The notes beneath the pieces are model-generated. The model saw nothing but the letters and a program-made list of their open reading frames with translations. It was not told where the DNA came from and made no database searches. DNA of 61,615 bases, counting the filler, from Jimgerdemannia flammicorona (taxonomy: Eukaryota), in assembly GCA_003990765.1 (NCBI GenBank). It is 3 parts of 3 records of this genome, joined end to end, with 100 filler letters (N's around TTAATTAATTAA, not from the genome) between each part and the next. Parts side by side here need not be neighbours in the genome. Positions count along the whole stretch, not along the records: positions 1 to 20,476 come from RBNJ01001672.1; positions 20,577 to 41,048 come from RBNJ01001673.1; 1 more part is not named here. One strand, 5' to 3'. A program made the position numbers and the translations under genes. Shown one piece after another: positions 12,175 through 24,967 of this stretch (positions are counted from its first letter, which is position 1; each line of letters starts with the position of its first letter).

Positions 12175-15100
12175 CAAAGTGTCCTTTTGTATAATTGACC
12201 AACAAATGTAAACTGTAAATAAATATATGTAAAATGCAGACATAGACTATAAAATTGGAAGTAATTATATACTGTAAACTAAAATAATTATATGCTGTAA
12301 AATGAAGTAATTGTATGTAAAATGTAATTATAACTGAAGTTGATGAGTTTGGCTTATATGGAAGCATATACTTCCCCAAGGCCCACCATTTACATTAAAG
12401 TGAAAGAAGCTATTTTATTGAATGTAACCATAAGAGATGAGTGGGAGGTATGCACAAATTGAACTGTGAGATTACTAATGATTACTGGCATAGTATATAC
12501 TTAGTTGCTAAAAGTAGTGAGAGCTGAGATACAACAAATACTCAGTTACTGCATAAAAGAACTATATGGTGTCTATCTGAAATTAGTACTAACTAAGTTG
12601 TTTTTAGTATAGAGAAACCAATTGAAACTGGTACAGGGGAATGCATAAATGCATAATTGTTCTGCATAATTATTTTAGTAGCTATTCTACATAAATACAT
12701 ATGAATATTGAGTAGCTATTCTATATGAATATTGAGCAGCTATTCTGTATAAATATTGAGCAGCTCTGGCCACTTTGCTGAAGTTTGAACTATATTCATA
12801 ACTATATCAAAGTGTCCTTTTGTGTAATTGACTAACAAATGTGAACCATAAATAAATATATGTAAAATGCAGATATAGACTATAAAATTGGGAGTAATTT
12901 TATACTGTAAACTGAAATAATTATATGCTGTAAAATGAAGTAATTATATATAAAATATAATTATAACTGAAGTTGATAAGTTTGGCTTATATAGAAGCAT
13001 ATACTTCCCCAAGGCCTGCTATTTATATTAAAGTGAAAGGAGTCAATACTGCAGGCCTGAGAAGTAAGTTAGACTTCTAAGGGTACTGCAACTCACTTTG
13101 TGGGCAATGTTTGACCACTACTAGCCAAACTTATTAATTAGGCAGAGAAAGTCCAGCCAATGTTGTAGCAGTTGGAGGTAAAAGATGATTGAGTTGTTGA
13201 ATATAATGAAGAAAAGCAGTCAATTTCCAGTAGCCAGCTAGTTGAATAATATGGTTGAGATAGCCTACTATCATCAATAGAATAGTACTGCTAATTCAAA
13301 AGAAATGACTATGAATACCAATAGTCAACAAAGAATCAGCCAACAGAGACTGAATTTCTCTGATGAATGTAGATTAAAGAAGTGGCTGAACAGGACTCAG
13401 ACAAAAGGCAGGGTCTTGTAATTATATAGGAAAGATACATATCATATTATCAATCATAGTGTATGGACAATCAAAGGTACTGGAGAAGCTAAGAAAAATA
13501 TTACCAGCTATCTCCATTTTTGTATGAGATAAATGCAAGGACCAAAAGAGATGAGAGAGAGTAGAATCCTACTGTTGTTGAAAGTGTTGATGCATGCTTG
13601 CCAGGAGGGTTGAAAAGAAAAGCCATCCCAAGTAGTTAGTTTACCCACATACATAAGACCATAGAATACAGTACATGCTATAGTCTATATCATAGTACCA
13701 AAGGAGTTATTAATGCAGAGAGAGAGATGGATTAACTATAGATGTTAGTGAGTAATCAGGCAGCAGTTGAGTGAACCTAATTGTGACAGAGGGTAGGTCT
13801 GGATAGACTTGAGGATAGTATTGAATAGAGGTAAGGATGTATACTATAGAGAGGTATTATACTAATGAGTCACTTGGTAGGTGACAAGGTCATAAAAATA
13901 GTTCTTGATGGTAGAATAGGGTTTTTATTTACTGGCAAGCCATAGTGCTCAATAACTCAGAAGGTTATCTTGAAGAGAGAAAGCAGCAGCTTCTATAATA
14001 TTATAGGAGCTGAGGAAGTAAAGGAGAGAATTGGTACCAGTTTAGAGATTCCCAGTCTGGATATATATATACTGATAGAGACAGGTGTTGAATCGATGGC
14101 GAAGTCAAAGAGAGATATAACCAATATAGATAGAGGATTCTGGAGATGGGGTGAGAGGATGAGACAAGATAATGGATCAGTAGGGTTAGATGCAGAAGGG
14201 ATGTATTGAGCCTGAATATCCAAACCCAGGTCAAGATATAAGAGAATAATCTGATGAAGGAGATCATTAATAAGAGGATGATGATGAGCCTGACTACTGG
14301 CCAAAAAATTAATACAGGGTTGGCTATCACACTAGAGATGATATGATATAAATGAAATGAAGAGCTCCAAAGTACCAAAAAGACCCAAATGGCAAATATT
14401 TCCTTTCAGAATATATCATAACCACTCTTAGCTATGAAGGAGGGAGCCCAATGAATACTCTACCAGTAATGTCCCAACAGGCTGCCAGTACCAAGAGTAT
14501 CTGAGGCATCCATGAATAGACTGCAATCAAGTCAGTCAGAATGGAAAAGTAGGTGATGACCTGTCTATGAGTGTAAAATATCTTACTACTACTATAAATT
14601 ACTGGCAAGTTAAGGAGATAGAAAATGCTATCCCATATAGGGTAGTTTACAAGAAACAGCAAAGCAAATGATATAGTTACAGAATACTTTCCCATTAGAG
14701 AGAACTTGGACAATATGCATGAAATGGCCTAAGAGAGATTGGGTATCATAATGGGAATGAGGGCATAGATGATGAGGTCTGAAGAGTAAGATCCACTCAG
14801 TCAGTAATGTCAGTATACAGTGTGCTTTTCTACAGAGAGACTAATTGTCATCCTAAGAGCATCAAGAAGAAAACCCACATATTTGATGGTGGAAGTGGGT
14901 GAAATATCTTTGGAAGATTAGAGTGGAATACTAAATTAAGACATGATAGTGTGAAACTGAGTATATGAAGAATATACACTGGATGGCAATACCATATAGA
15001 TGAAATCATTGATGAAATGTCTCAAATTAGGAAGGTGATACAACTGAATGCAGATCTATATAAAGAGATCCATGAAGATGAAGGGGGCTGAGCAGAGGCC

Positions 15101-17362
15101 AAATGGAAGGAATATGTTGAGAAAGAAAAGACTGAGCCAACAGATGTCATGCATAACTCAATCAGAATGATAGATAGAGATAGTGTGGAATGCCTTGGCA
15201 ATATTGGCTTTCCAGAAAAGTACAGAGGGATCTAAGGAAATTAGCAGAAAGATAATAGCTTGAATCAACTAATACTGAATTGAGAACTCATCAGCATTGA
15301 TCTCATCATTGATGAATATACTATTAGAAAAGAAGAGATACTGTATTGTCCAAAATTTGGTGGAATGTTTCTTGGGAATAGTACCTAAGAATGTATTGCA
15401 GAAGGGGCAAAATTTGAGAGATAGTGAGGAAAATAGGCCAAGATAGTGGCCAGTCATCAATTCAGTGTGAATATTTATAGAGAGGATATCTTGGTGTTGA
15501 TAGGCTAATATGAGGTTATCAGATATCAAATCAATATAAAGTTTAGGATACGAATGATTGCTATAAATATAGCTATAATAGAGACCAGTTAAGTGATATT
15601 GAATGAGCAATTGGTTGGGATGTGAGTGAAGGGCCCATTTCTACTCTATGAGCTGGTATAGAATAATAGAGTGGCTAGATATTGGAGAGATTGTCAGATT
15701 AGCTACAGTGAGCAGAGCATACTGAGGTGGCATGAGGTCTATAGTAGAAAAGGCAAACATATGCTCAACCACAATTGCTGGAGCAACCAGAGGCACTGTT
15801 GAATTGATGACAGACTGAACTAGTAGTACCATCAGAATAAAGAGAGTTGTCAGATTTTTGGATAAATGTGGGTCATGGGAGTAGAGTTTGGATATAAGAG
15901 CTAGTGCTATGTCCTTGTACACTATATCAAAAGTATAGAAAATTGTAAGCAGAGGATGGTTTTGAACTTTCCATAAATAAGAGACTAATGAGCCTCTAAT
16001 GGCATGAGATGTTGACAAACCACCAGTGAGCAGAGAAGTTGTGTGCTGGAGAGAGACATGCTAAGCAGGTTGATAAGCTAACAGTACTGATAATGGTTGA
16101 CCAATGACCATCTCAAATGTGTGCTAAACTGCATCTGGGTTACCAATGTTGAGCTCTGAAAATACTACTTTTAATATATGAACTTGACAGTCAAAGCACT
16201 GAAGAGCAGTCTACTCATAATGATCATTAATGACTTTGATAATGAAGATGGCATAGGTGAGGAGTTAAGATATATATGATATATGAGCTGCTGATTGAGT
16301 GGTGCCTAGTACTAACAAGGCTCCATAAATATTAAAAATGGCTTCAAGCCAGAGTGAGAGGTCAAGGCCACAGTCAGGAGAATGGGATTCTTTTTTTCTA
16401 CTTGAGTGCAAAATAAGAGAATTGTCAGTCTACTTGACTAGGATTTGATAGTTGCCTGTTTCAAGCAATGCTAGCAAATTGAAGGGGACCCAGCTGCATC
16501 TCAGCATAGTGTTAGAAACAAAGGAAGAGGATGACTCACCAATTGACAAAGTGTGTGGCAGTAGTGTTATTGATCCTATCAGAAAGGATGGCACCAATAG
16601 GTGAGGAGGAACTATTGCTGAAAGAGAGACCACTTATAGAAGACCCATCAGCAATACTGGTAACAGTGGTGAAAAGACCAGTTCAGAACCTATCAAGGTC
16701 AGTGCTGGAGAAGAAAGATGACCAGTAAGATAGATGATGAGGGCTAACAATAGATGTTGAATGAGGACATCTTCAGTATAAATGTCAGGCTCTGATAAAA
16801 GTTCAGATTCTAGTAGAGGATGGTTCACATCTAATCATACAATCAGTATGGCTTTTTGACCATCAACCAATAAGTTATAGTCTTGACAGAGTGTGACTAA
16901 GTACTCTTTACATAAGGCATATAGACCAGTAAGAGTAGGAATAAGGGGATGAATAGGAGTGGGAACTGGTTGAGATAATAACCCTTGAGACCAGATGCAA
17001 ATGAGGTACATTGTGTTTGGAAGAATGTACAAATTGAACTGTTAATGATTACTGGCATAGTATATGCTTAGTTGCTAAAATTAGTGAGAGCTGAGATATG
17101 ACAAATACTCAGTTACTATATAAAAGAACTATATGGCATCTATCTGAAATTGGCACTAAATAAGTTATTTTTGGCATAAGGGAACTAATTGAAACTAGTG
17201 CAGGGGAATGCATAAATGTATAATTATTCTGCATAATTGTTTTAGCAGCTATTCTGCATGAATATTAAGTGGCTATTCTACATGAATGTTGAGTAGCTAT
17301 TCCATATGAATGTTGAGTAGCTCCAGTCACTTTGCTGAAATTTGAACTATGTTCATAACTAT
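12175..17362 (-). mobile_element. Ngaro-type tyrosine-recombinase retrotransposon (DIRS order), full length but mutated
   Basis: Split direct repeats A1(17027-17362)-ORFs-B1(12808-13042)-A2(12451-12806)-B2(12175-12409). Minus-strand RT remnants TIPKKHSTKF, INDEINADEFSIQY, WKANIAKAFH, LPFGLCSAPFIF, RHFINDF, IKYVGFLLD; RNase H DASDTLG. Gag-like 5' and recombinase-position 3' regions are degenerate. Confidence 0.85.
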
Positions 17363-17959
17363 ATTTTATATTGATTGTTCATTATTCAGCTTGAAAATGA
17401 GAGATTTATCTTGACTTGAATTACCAGCCAATGGGAACTAAGTTGTAATATATTGAGTATATAACTAGGGAAATGTAGTAGATTTCCATAACTCTTCTTG
17501 ACTACTCAGAGTCACAAGTGGTATCTGTCTGATCTCATTATCAGACTACTAGAGTGAGGCTCAAACTATTTTGATCTGAGGTTTATTCACTCTAGATACT
17601 GGAGATATTTATATAAGCTTGCTAGTTATAAGGTAGCTAAGTTATAACTATGTTGCCTGTGAGTCATTCTTCACAAGTATTAATACTTATTAATATCTAT
17701 TAAATCTTTAATATCTGCAAATACTTTAACATCTGTGAATACTTTAACATCTGTGAATACTTTAACATTTATGAATACTTGAACATCTGTGAATACTTTA
17801 ACATCTATAAATACTTTAACATCTGTTTAAGTTTCTACATTTGTAAAATATAACTGCTATTTGTAAGACTATATTATAATAAATCAGAAAATCAGATTTA
17901 TGTACTATAATCAAATATCTATTTCTTATTTCAAATTCAAACTATATGTCACAATATCT

Positions 17960-19800
17960 AGATCTCTTTATATTATAATAATGATCCGGACCTCTCTCTT
18001 TTGTAGACTCTAATGCTCTGAATACTGATACTTTTTAATATTAATAGTTGATATCTAGTATATATAAATCTACTATAGATCCTCCTCAAAGGAATATGGA
18101 AAATAAGAATAAATAATAGTTTGAAAGGGAGAAAGTGAAATACAAAGATCTAAGAAGGGAATATTAGTTGATCCAAGTACCCAAATAATAGAATCATGAG
18201 AAGAATAGATACTATAAAACATGTAGGGAATATTAAGATCAGAAATAGCAAAAATAATAAAGTTATCAATATAATAGTAAAAGAAGATATTATTTATCCA
18301 GAAAGTAATAATAATCAGTAAAGTTTGTGAACTAAGCCAATAATTGGTAAGAGTGGGGGCATAATTTATTCCTATAGTAATATCAGAAATCTGAAAATAA
18401 TAACCAAGAGCCAACTTAAAAAAGTTGGTATAGTAGGTGAGAAGTGTGAGCTCTATAATTAATACCAGAGAAACTGAGAAATCTAAAGAATAAATAATAG
18501 AACTAAGAAAGAGTAGATAATTATTAATCTCATCAAAATAAATAGTAGTATAGAAGAAAGAAAAATTACCAAAAAAAAAAAAAAATAAGAAAAAGATACA
18601 AAAGTAGATTATAAAAGAGCAAGCTCCCGGATATTATAAAGAATAGTGTCTTTAGGCCCAAGACAGTGTTGGAGAAGTACTATCTAAAAGAGGAAGAAAT
18701 GAGATAACTATTTTGAAAACTCAGTAATAGGTGAGCAAAATGCATCCATAATATGATGCTAAGTCAAAAAAGGCTTATAAACTTTAGGAAGAGTATTAAA
18801 AACTGGAGATAAATATATGGTGAGAATAAGGAGTCTGAGAAGAAAGTAAAAATGAGAGGTACAAAAGGAAAATCTGAGAGCAAGACTATGTGAGCTAGTT
18901 CAACCTGAAGAAGAAAGAGAATCTAATCCAATCCAAGAGTACATAGCTCATAAGCTGGAATATATAGGAGGGCAGAAAGGCCATTAAGATAGAGTGGTTA
19001 AGAAATAAGAGCAAAATCTTAATTCTTATCAGTGATTGTGAGTAAGTGTAAAGATGGTTGCTTAATCAATTTAAGTATGATATATATAATATACATAGTC
19101 TAAAACTGAGCATAAGTGAGTGTATTTGGGAATAGACCATAAGTAAGCTATGTCAAAGAATATGCAGTTTGAAGAGACATTAATAAGGAGGGCTCAATTA
19201 CTAGAAACAAAATAGTAAGAAAATATCTCAGTATGATTTTCAAAGAAGTTAACAAGATTAAGAGTATGATAAAAATACTGGAGATAAGCTAGATTGACAA
19301 AGAAAAATTGAAAGCAAGTTGTCAGAAAGATAAAACAAGAGTCCAAAGAAATTGCAAAAACTTGAAGGGGAAAAAGAGAGCAGTCAGTCCAAGAAAAAGA
19401 AGAGGACAAAAGAAGAATAAATCTGAAAATTTGAGACAAGCAACTGGAAAAGATGAAGAAGAAACAATATGAGTAACTACTCAGAGCATACCAGAAGTAA
19501 TAGTGAGATCCAAAAAGAGATAGGAATATTGAGGGAGAACTAAGCCAGGGGGAAGTTTAAGAGCAGGAGGTCTTTCTCTTCTCTTGAACTTTTTTTTAAT
19601 AGAGGTAATATAGATGAGTGAGAGCATATGCTATCAGAATACCAGACCTTCAGGCAACAGATGTTGGTAGGTCTTATACTCAGAGATATGAGTGGAGGAG
19701 GAGCAAGATCCAGAGTAGATAGACAATATTATAGAGGAGAAATAAGAGTATGCTAAGATCTTAGAGAAGAAGAAGGGAGTAGTATAATAAGAAGACCACT
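17960..19800. mobile_element. Mutated TE-derived sequence, unclassified
   Basis: CpG almost absent, purine-rich plus strand, no intact ORF. Confidence 0.4.
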
Positions 19801-19809
19801 ATGCCGATA

Positions 19810-20476
19810 CCTCTTTTCTCCAGTTCAATTTATATTATACAAATATTTTTCAATACTTTTTATATAGTTTTTAGAGCAAAAGTACTAATAACATATCAAT
19901 ATATAAGAGTTCTGACAGATATACTGAATCAGATAGATCTGGGGTATTTAGCTGATAATTGTTAAGAAGGGCTACAGTATGGGGATGGGGTTTTTCCAAG
20001 ATGCAAGTAGACAGGGAGGTTCTGATAGAAGTTGGCTCTCTAGCTTAAGTGGTGGAGAACAGGGACTGCTGAGCTTTACTGATAAGATAAAAGCAGGTAG
20101 TTGGCCTTAGAGTGCTTAAGACAGTATATCTTGAGAGAAAAAAAAGTTGAGTGCTGAGAGGACTAGAGGGTTAATGTCTGGTACAGTAGGCATAGAGGCT
20201 GGAAGAACTGTTGTAGGAGGCTGGAGTGTGACTGTTGATAGCAGAGTTAGGGTAGATCTGAAAAAAAATCCAGATATAACTGTTGATAGTAAGACTGAGC
20301 AGGTAGGGTATACAGAAAGAAGAACCTAGTAGATGGTTTGATGAGAATAGTAGTGGTATTATTACTTAAGAAGTTGATTTTAGAATTTACCATTACTTTG
20401 TACTTCTGAGGACTAGTGGTAATAGCTAAGATAGTTCTGGATCTAATTGTAAACTAAGTGGTAAGAGCAGTCTCTT
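19810..20476 (+). mobile_element. 5' end of the same LINE family, heavily mutated, truncated at the gap
   Basis: Reads SSDRYTESDRSGVFS**LLRRGYSMGMG...SFTDKIK...KKNPDITVD, matching the ORF1 N-terminus of the other copies. The 5'UTR matches 345-390. Confidence 0.75.
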
Positions 20477-20576
20477 NNNNNNNNNNNNNNNNNNNNNNNN
20501 NNNNNNNNNNNNNNNNNNNNTTAATTAATTAANNNNNNNNNNNNNNNNNNNNNNNNNNNNNNNNNNNNNNNNNNNN
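20477..20576. other. Assembly spacer (N44-TTAATTAATTAA-N44)
   Basis: 100-bp N block with a central six-frame stop linker. Confidence 0.95.
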
Positions 20577-20599
20577 CCCCCCCAAGCCAAAGTAAAAAC

Positions 20600-21410
20600 T
20601 ATTCCGCATCCCTCTTCTTCGCCAGCGCTCTCCTGGCGGCGACGGCTAGTTTGGCCCTTATAGTTGCGAGTAATCGCGCAAAGGCGGATCGAGCGCGTTA
20701 ATGAACCGCGGTTTCATCACCTTATTGCGACAGGGTAACCGAAATGAGGTCGTTCCCGTCATGGTAGATTGCGATGCTGGGGCTCTGCCGTTGTTGATGC
20801 TGTTGACGAGGGCGCTCGCGGTGGTGGCGGCCTGCGTCGTCGAAGTCAGAGTCGGAGTAGGAGTCGCTACGTTCGCACTTGAGGGGCACGCTCAAGATTT
20901 CCATAATGTTGGTGAGGGCCTTCTTGGTATTGATAGTCAGTGAGAAACGAAGGTGAAGAATTCTGCGAAGGCGATGGAAGGTATGTGTCAAATTTCATCG
21001 ATCTCATCCTGCATCCCTACAACACCACATCCAACAAATTCCCGATTCCCATATTATGACATAATCCTCCCCCCCCCTCCTTAGCCCTAATCTCCTCAAA
21101 AACGAACTCTTCCCCATTTATATAGCCAAGTGAAAGATGGACCGCTAGCCTTTTCTGATGAGCAGCAGGGTCTTGGTACGCGAAGACGGCAAACTGGCTG
21201 TACCGTGGACGAGTCGATGGCATGGGCAGAGTCTGTATCAGTGTCAAGGTTCTTGAGCGGATTTTTCTTGAGTGAATTCATCCTAAGCAGCTCTGTTTCA
21301 CTCGACTTGGCGGCGTCGCAGAGCACCAGGCCTGCCCAGCCGGCTGAGATGAGGAGCGGTCGAGAGAAGCGGCGGATGGATCGGACTGAATTGGTCGAGT
21401 ATATGAACAA
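20600..21410 (-). pseudogene. BUB1: BUB1/Mad3-family spindle-checkpoint gene fragment (ABBA-like, GLEBS and CD1 motifs), disrupted
   Basis: KRLAVHLSLGYINGEEFVFEEIRAK (21080-21154) resembles the Bub3-binding GLEBS motif. SLTINTKKALTNIMEILSVPL (20881-20945) resembles Bub1 CD1 (SPT.hTK.Al..Im.mf..P). FAVFAYQD and IAIYHD are ABBA-like. Order is correct but frames shift and stops flank the motifs; no TPR or kinase domain seen. Confidence 0.7.
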
Positions 21411-21469
21411 TTAAAAGACATTTGAACAGATTACACGCTCACGCGAAATTACATCACTCTATTAATCTA

Positions 21470-22410
21470 GAAAACCTACCTGCTCGATTCTCTCACCGCT
21501 ACCAGGTCCTTCTGCGACAACATTTGTCCCATCCATGCAGTCTCGTTCTCCTTTTTCCGATATCTCCGTCCCCACGGCGCCTCGCCACTTTCTGTCTGCC
21601 TCCTCTACCCATCAGGAGCTACGATGCTGTTGTTTGAACTCTGAGTCTCCATCGGTTCAGCGATGACACCAGGATTCCGCGCCACGAATTTGTTCATGGG
21701 TATCGACCACAGAGGATTTGTAGCAGTGCGTGGAGTCGCCAGATTCGAGCGGATGGGTCGGGTCAACAATGGGGCCCGCGCCAGCCGTGGTTCTTGTGGG
21801 GTGAGAAATAATTGCATCGTTGCAGAGCATGCTGAATAGTATGGGTATTGAACTACTATTGTTGCGTTTGAGGCACTCGAGGGGGGACGGCGGAACGCGC
21901 GACATGATACACAGTGCACGGGTTAGGAGATATGGGACTGTCATCAAATAAACACGTGTCTTTTGTGGCGCAGAGTCCTTGGAGCTCAAAGCCTCCGCTG
22001 TTACTAAGTCACGAGAATGATTTGTATCATGCTCCACCTCACCTCGACTGCCTGCCGACACATATCTCCTATCTCCTATCCCCCTCCTACCCAGGTCCAT
22101 GAGCACTGGCTCTTCACTAGCATGGTCGTTGCCTGGAAGTCTCAACCTCGTCAACGTCTTGGTGTGCTCCCTGTTTTGGGCAAATTTTTATCGAGATGCT
22201 CATTTCCTAACCAATTCCGCCCGTGCCATTCGTCATCCTCTACCCTGTCGGCACTGGCAGCGAGGCTGGCCTCATCCGCCAGTCGCTACCATACTCCAAG
22301 GAGAAGAGCACCCCTATTACTACCTTTTCATTGCCATAATTGCCATCTAGTCGTGGTAGCTTGTGGATTTTGGCGTGTGCTGTCGGACGGCTTGGTTCTA
22401 ACTTGACTTT
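21470..22410 (-). pseudogene. Stop-interrupted exon-like sequence upstream of the BUB1 fragment, origin unknown
   Basis: CpG-rich, ORF 21657-22154 (165 aa) with neighbouring broken frames and splice-like borders. Confidence 0.35.
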
Positions 22411-23510
22411 ATTTTCTGCTCTTTTTTCTTTCCCCGTTGCCGTGTTACTTACTCCCACATGATCGGCCATCGTAAGAGGTACCTCGGTGCAGCAAGCAAG
22501 GGAAAGGCGGTCGAGGTGGAGTAAAGGATGGGTGGTGCGTAGTGCGTGGCGGATATACCCGCAGATTGGATCTTTTGGTTGTTGGAAACGATGATACCAG
22601 AGAGGTGGGGCGATAGGCGTTCGGATTGTTATTCTTCGAATGCATAATAAACGTCTCATTAAAAGACATGGGGATATATTTATAGACATGCAGATACTGT
22701 TATTGCATTTTATCCGAAGATACACCCGAAAAAAAAAAAAAAAAAAAACTGAATAACTACCGCTTCGGGGGGATTGTATGTACATTATAATAAAAGAAAT
22801 ATTGGTACCAATTTTTAATATTGCTGCATTTCCCCAAAGATACTCAAATAAAAAAAAAATAAAAAAAAGAATAACCTATCGATGTAACATGCAATATGTT
22901 CTGAATCCACTACACAATGATAAAAAGGCAATGATGAGAGCTCGCCAGTGAATGAAGGCAAGGAATAAACAGGCACAAATGACGGTACCGCGAGTAAAAT
23001 TACAAGTTGCGATTGACGGCATGAAACAAAACCTCGCGGGAATGATTGCGTGAACCGATACCACAACTGAATGAGGGGGATAAAGAGTGCAAATAACGGC
23101 AAAAGCCGACGCTTCAAGAATGAAATATCAAGTTAGGAATGGCGGCATGAAATGTCACCGCGAGAAGGAAATAAAATAATAAGTTGCAAATGACGCATGA
23201 AACGCCACATGCACGTAAATACCGACATGAACCGCCACCACGACATAACGAATGTTCTGAGTACGAAATACAGCGATCGCACGAAAAACCCTCACGCTAA
23301 TGGCGCATGTTGGCAAAGGCCAATAATGCGCGTGATAATGATTGGGATATAAAAAAAAAAAAAAATTCGAATGACACCACGAACAACACCGCGCGCAAAC
23401 CGACTAACGCCGCAATGAATGAAGATAAAGAGAGATGAAGATGAATGAGAGTTAAAATTCGAACCTTAACCGACATGATCAAAGCAAGAATTCTTTCCGC
23501 GACAAATCGA

Positions 23511-24263
23511 TCATTTAAGCGGGTAAATGCATGGCATTGTCAAGCAATCATAGGCCATATCGGAAATTCCTTTATATGGCCAGCACACCCCGACAATCTC
23601 TCTACCCCAGGAGGTAGGAGCCGATAACGACGGCAGAAAGAGCAGAGAGGTGAGAGGCGCCAACGACGGCGGAAGGAGCAGAGAGGTGGGAGCCGCTGAT
23701 GATGACGACGGAGGAGGAAGAGCGGTGGTAGGCACCGATAACCACGACTGAAGGGCCAGATAGGTGAGAGACACCGACGACAGAGGAAGGAGCAGAAAGG
23801 TGGGAGCCGCTGATGATGATGACGGAAGAGGCAGAGTGGTGATAGGCAACCACGATGGAAGGGCTAGAGAGGTGGGAGGCGCCGACGACGACGGAAGGAG
23901 CAGAGGTGAAGGAGCTGCCGATGACATCGAAAAATGAGGTAGATCGGAGGAATGCACTGATAACCACGACGGAAGGGCCAGAGAGATGGAAGGCACCGAC
24001 GACGACGGAAGATGTACAGTGCTGGGAGGCGGCGATGATGACGGAAGAGGTACAGTGGTGAAAGGTGCCAACAACTGAAGCAGAACAACGGTGGGATGCG
24101 CCAATGACAATGACGGAATTGACGGTTCAGTGGGATGCGCTGACGACGACGGAAGGCCCGGAAGGACAAATATCCTACGTATTGCCCCTCTGATGTCGTC
24201 CAGCAACACTGCCGCTCGCTGCCCTATTTCTTCTAAAATCCTTGATTATATTCTGTCATTCAT
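23511..24263 (-). pseudogene. Pro/Ser-rich repeat ORF (PSSSAAPTSLLLPS-type units), with an in-frame TAA just upstream
   Basis: 232-aa ORF built from about 30-36-bp GC-rich tandem units (23620-24155). The upstream frame reads MNDRI*SRILEEIGQRAAVLLDD. Confidence 0.45.
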
Positions 24264-24569
24264 CTGTAATGTTAAAATGATTATGTTGTTTTGAAAGAGA
24301 AGGCAAAACTTAGAATACGAAAAGAACGTGAAGGGAACACGAAAATATCGCGAAAGGAAAGCGAAAGGAATGCATTGCGTTGTTTTGGAAGAAGAGGCTT
24401 ACCATTAGAAAAAACGGCAGAGCGGGTGGAAGGGGAAGGCAGAGCGCAGAAAGAAGGGCAGAGCAGGTGGAAAGGAAAGGAAGAGCGTAGGTTACCGGTC
24501 CGTTTCTTGAATCACATAAATCGCATGCGGACTCTGCAGCTTCCGTTTGCAAATTGATCCCATGTCTAC

Positions 24570-24786
24570 TCGCGTGACGTTCACATCATTACACATCACT
24601 ACGCCGTGGCAAAGAAAATGTCTATGCACATGAAGTTTGTCCGTTCGCATGACCTTCACATCACCACATTACTACATCATGGCAAGGAAAACGCCTACGC
24701 ACACGTACAGCTATGGCTATCATGTACAGACGGACATTCGTGAGAGCTGCTCTGGACCCCAACGGTCCCCTTTCCCTGTTTCCTAG
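24570..24786 (+). mobile_element. Candidate Helitron 3' terminus
   Basis: Hairpin GGACC-CCAAC-GGTCC (24754-24768), then 14 nt, then CTAG (24783-24786) followed by T. Preceded by an imperfect direct repeat (about 24575-24710). Confidence 0.45.
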
Positions 24787-24927
24787 TGCAATATATAGAT
24801 TAAGGGGCTTAACTCAAATATCCATTCATGCAATCCATGCATGCATGTAGGTCGCTGCCAAGGTGACTCGTTTGGGTGATTTTTATTTATGATTGCAGGG
24901 TTTTAATGCAAAAAGTTTTCATTTTCT

Positions 24928-24967
<40 letters not shown>

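Larger units (their letters stand above)
11331..17953 (-). mobile_element. Non-autonomous (TRIM-like) LTR retroelement with LTRs 11331-11747 and 17444-17953, interrupted by the Ngaro element
   Basis: Direct repeats of about 420-510 bp with TGT..ACA termini (mutated in the left copy). Minus-strand PPT AGGAGAAAGA at 11748-11757, PBS-position ACTTAGTTCCC next to the right LTR, ATAT on both flanks. Only about 500 bp internal sequence remains once Ngaro is removed. Confidence 0.7.
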
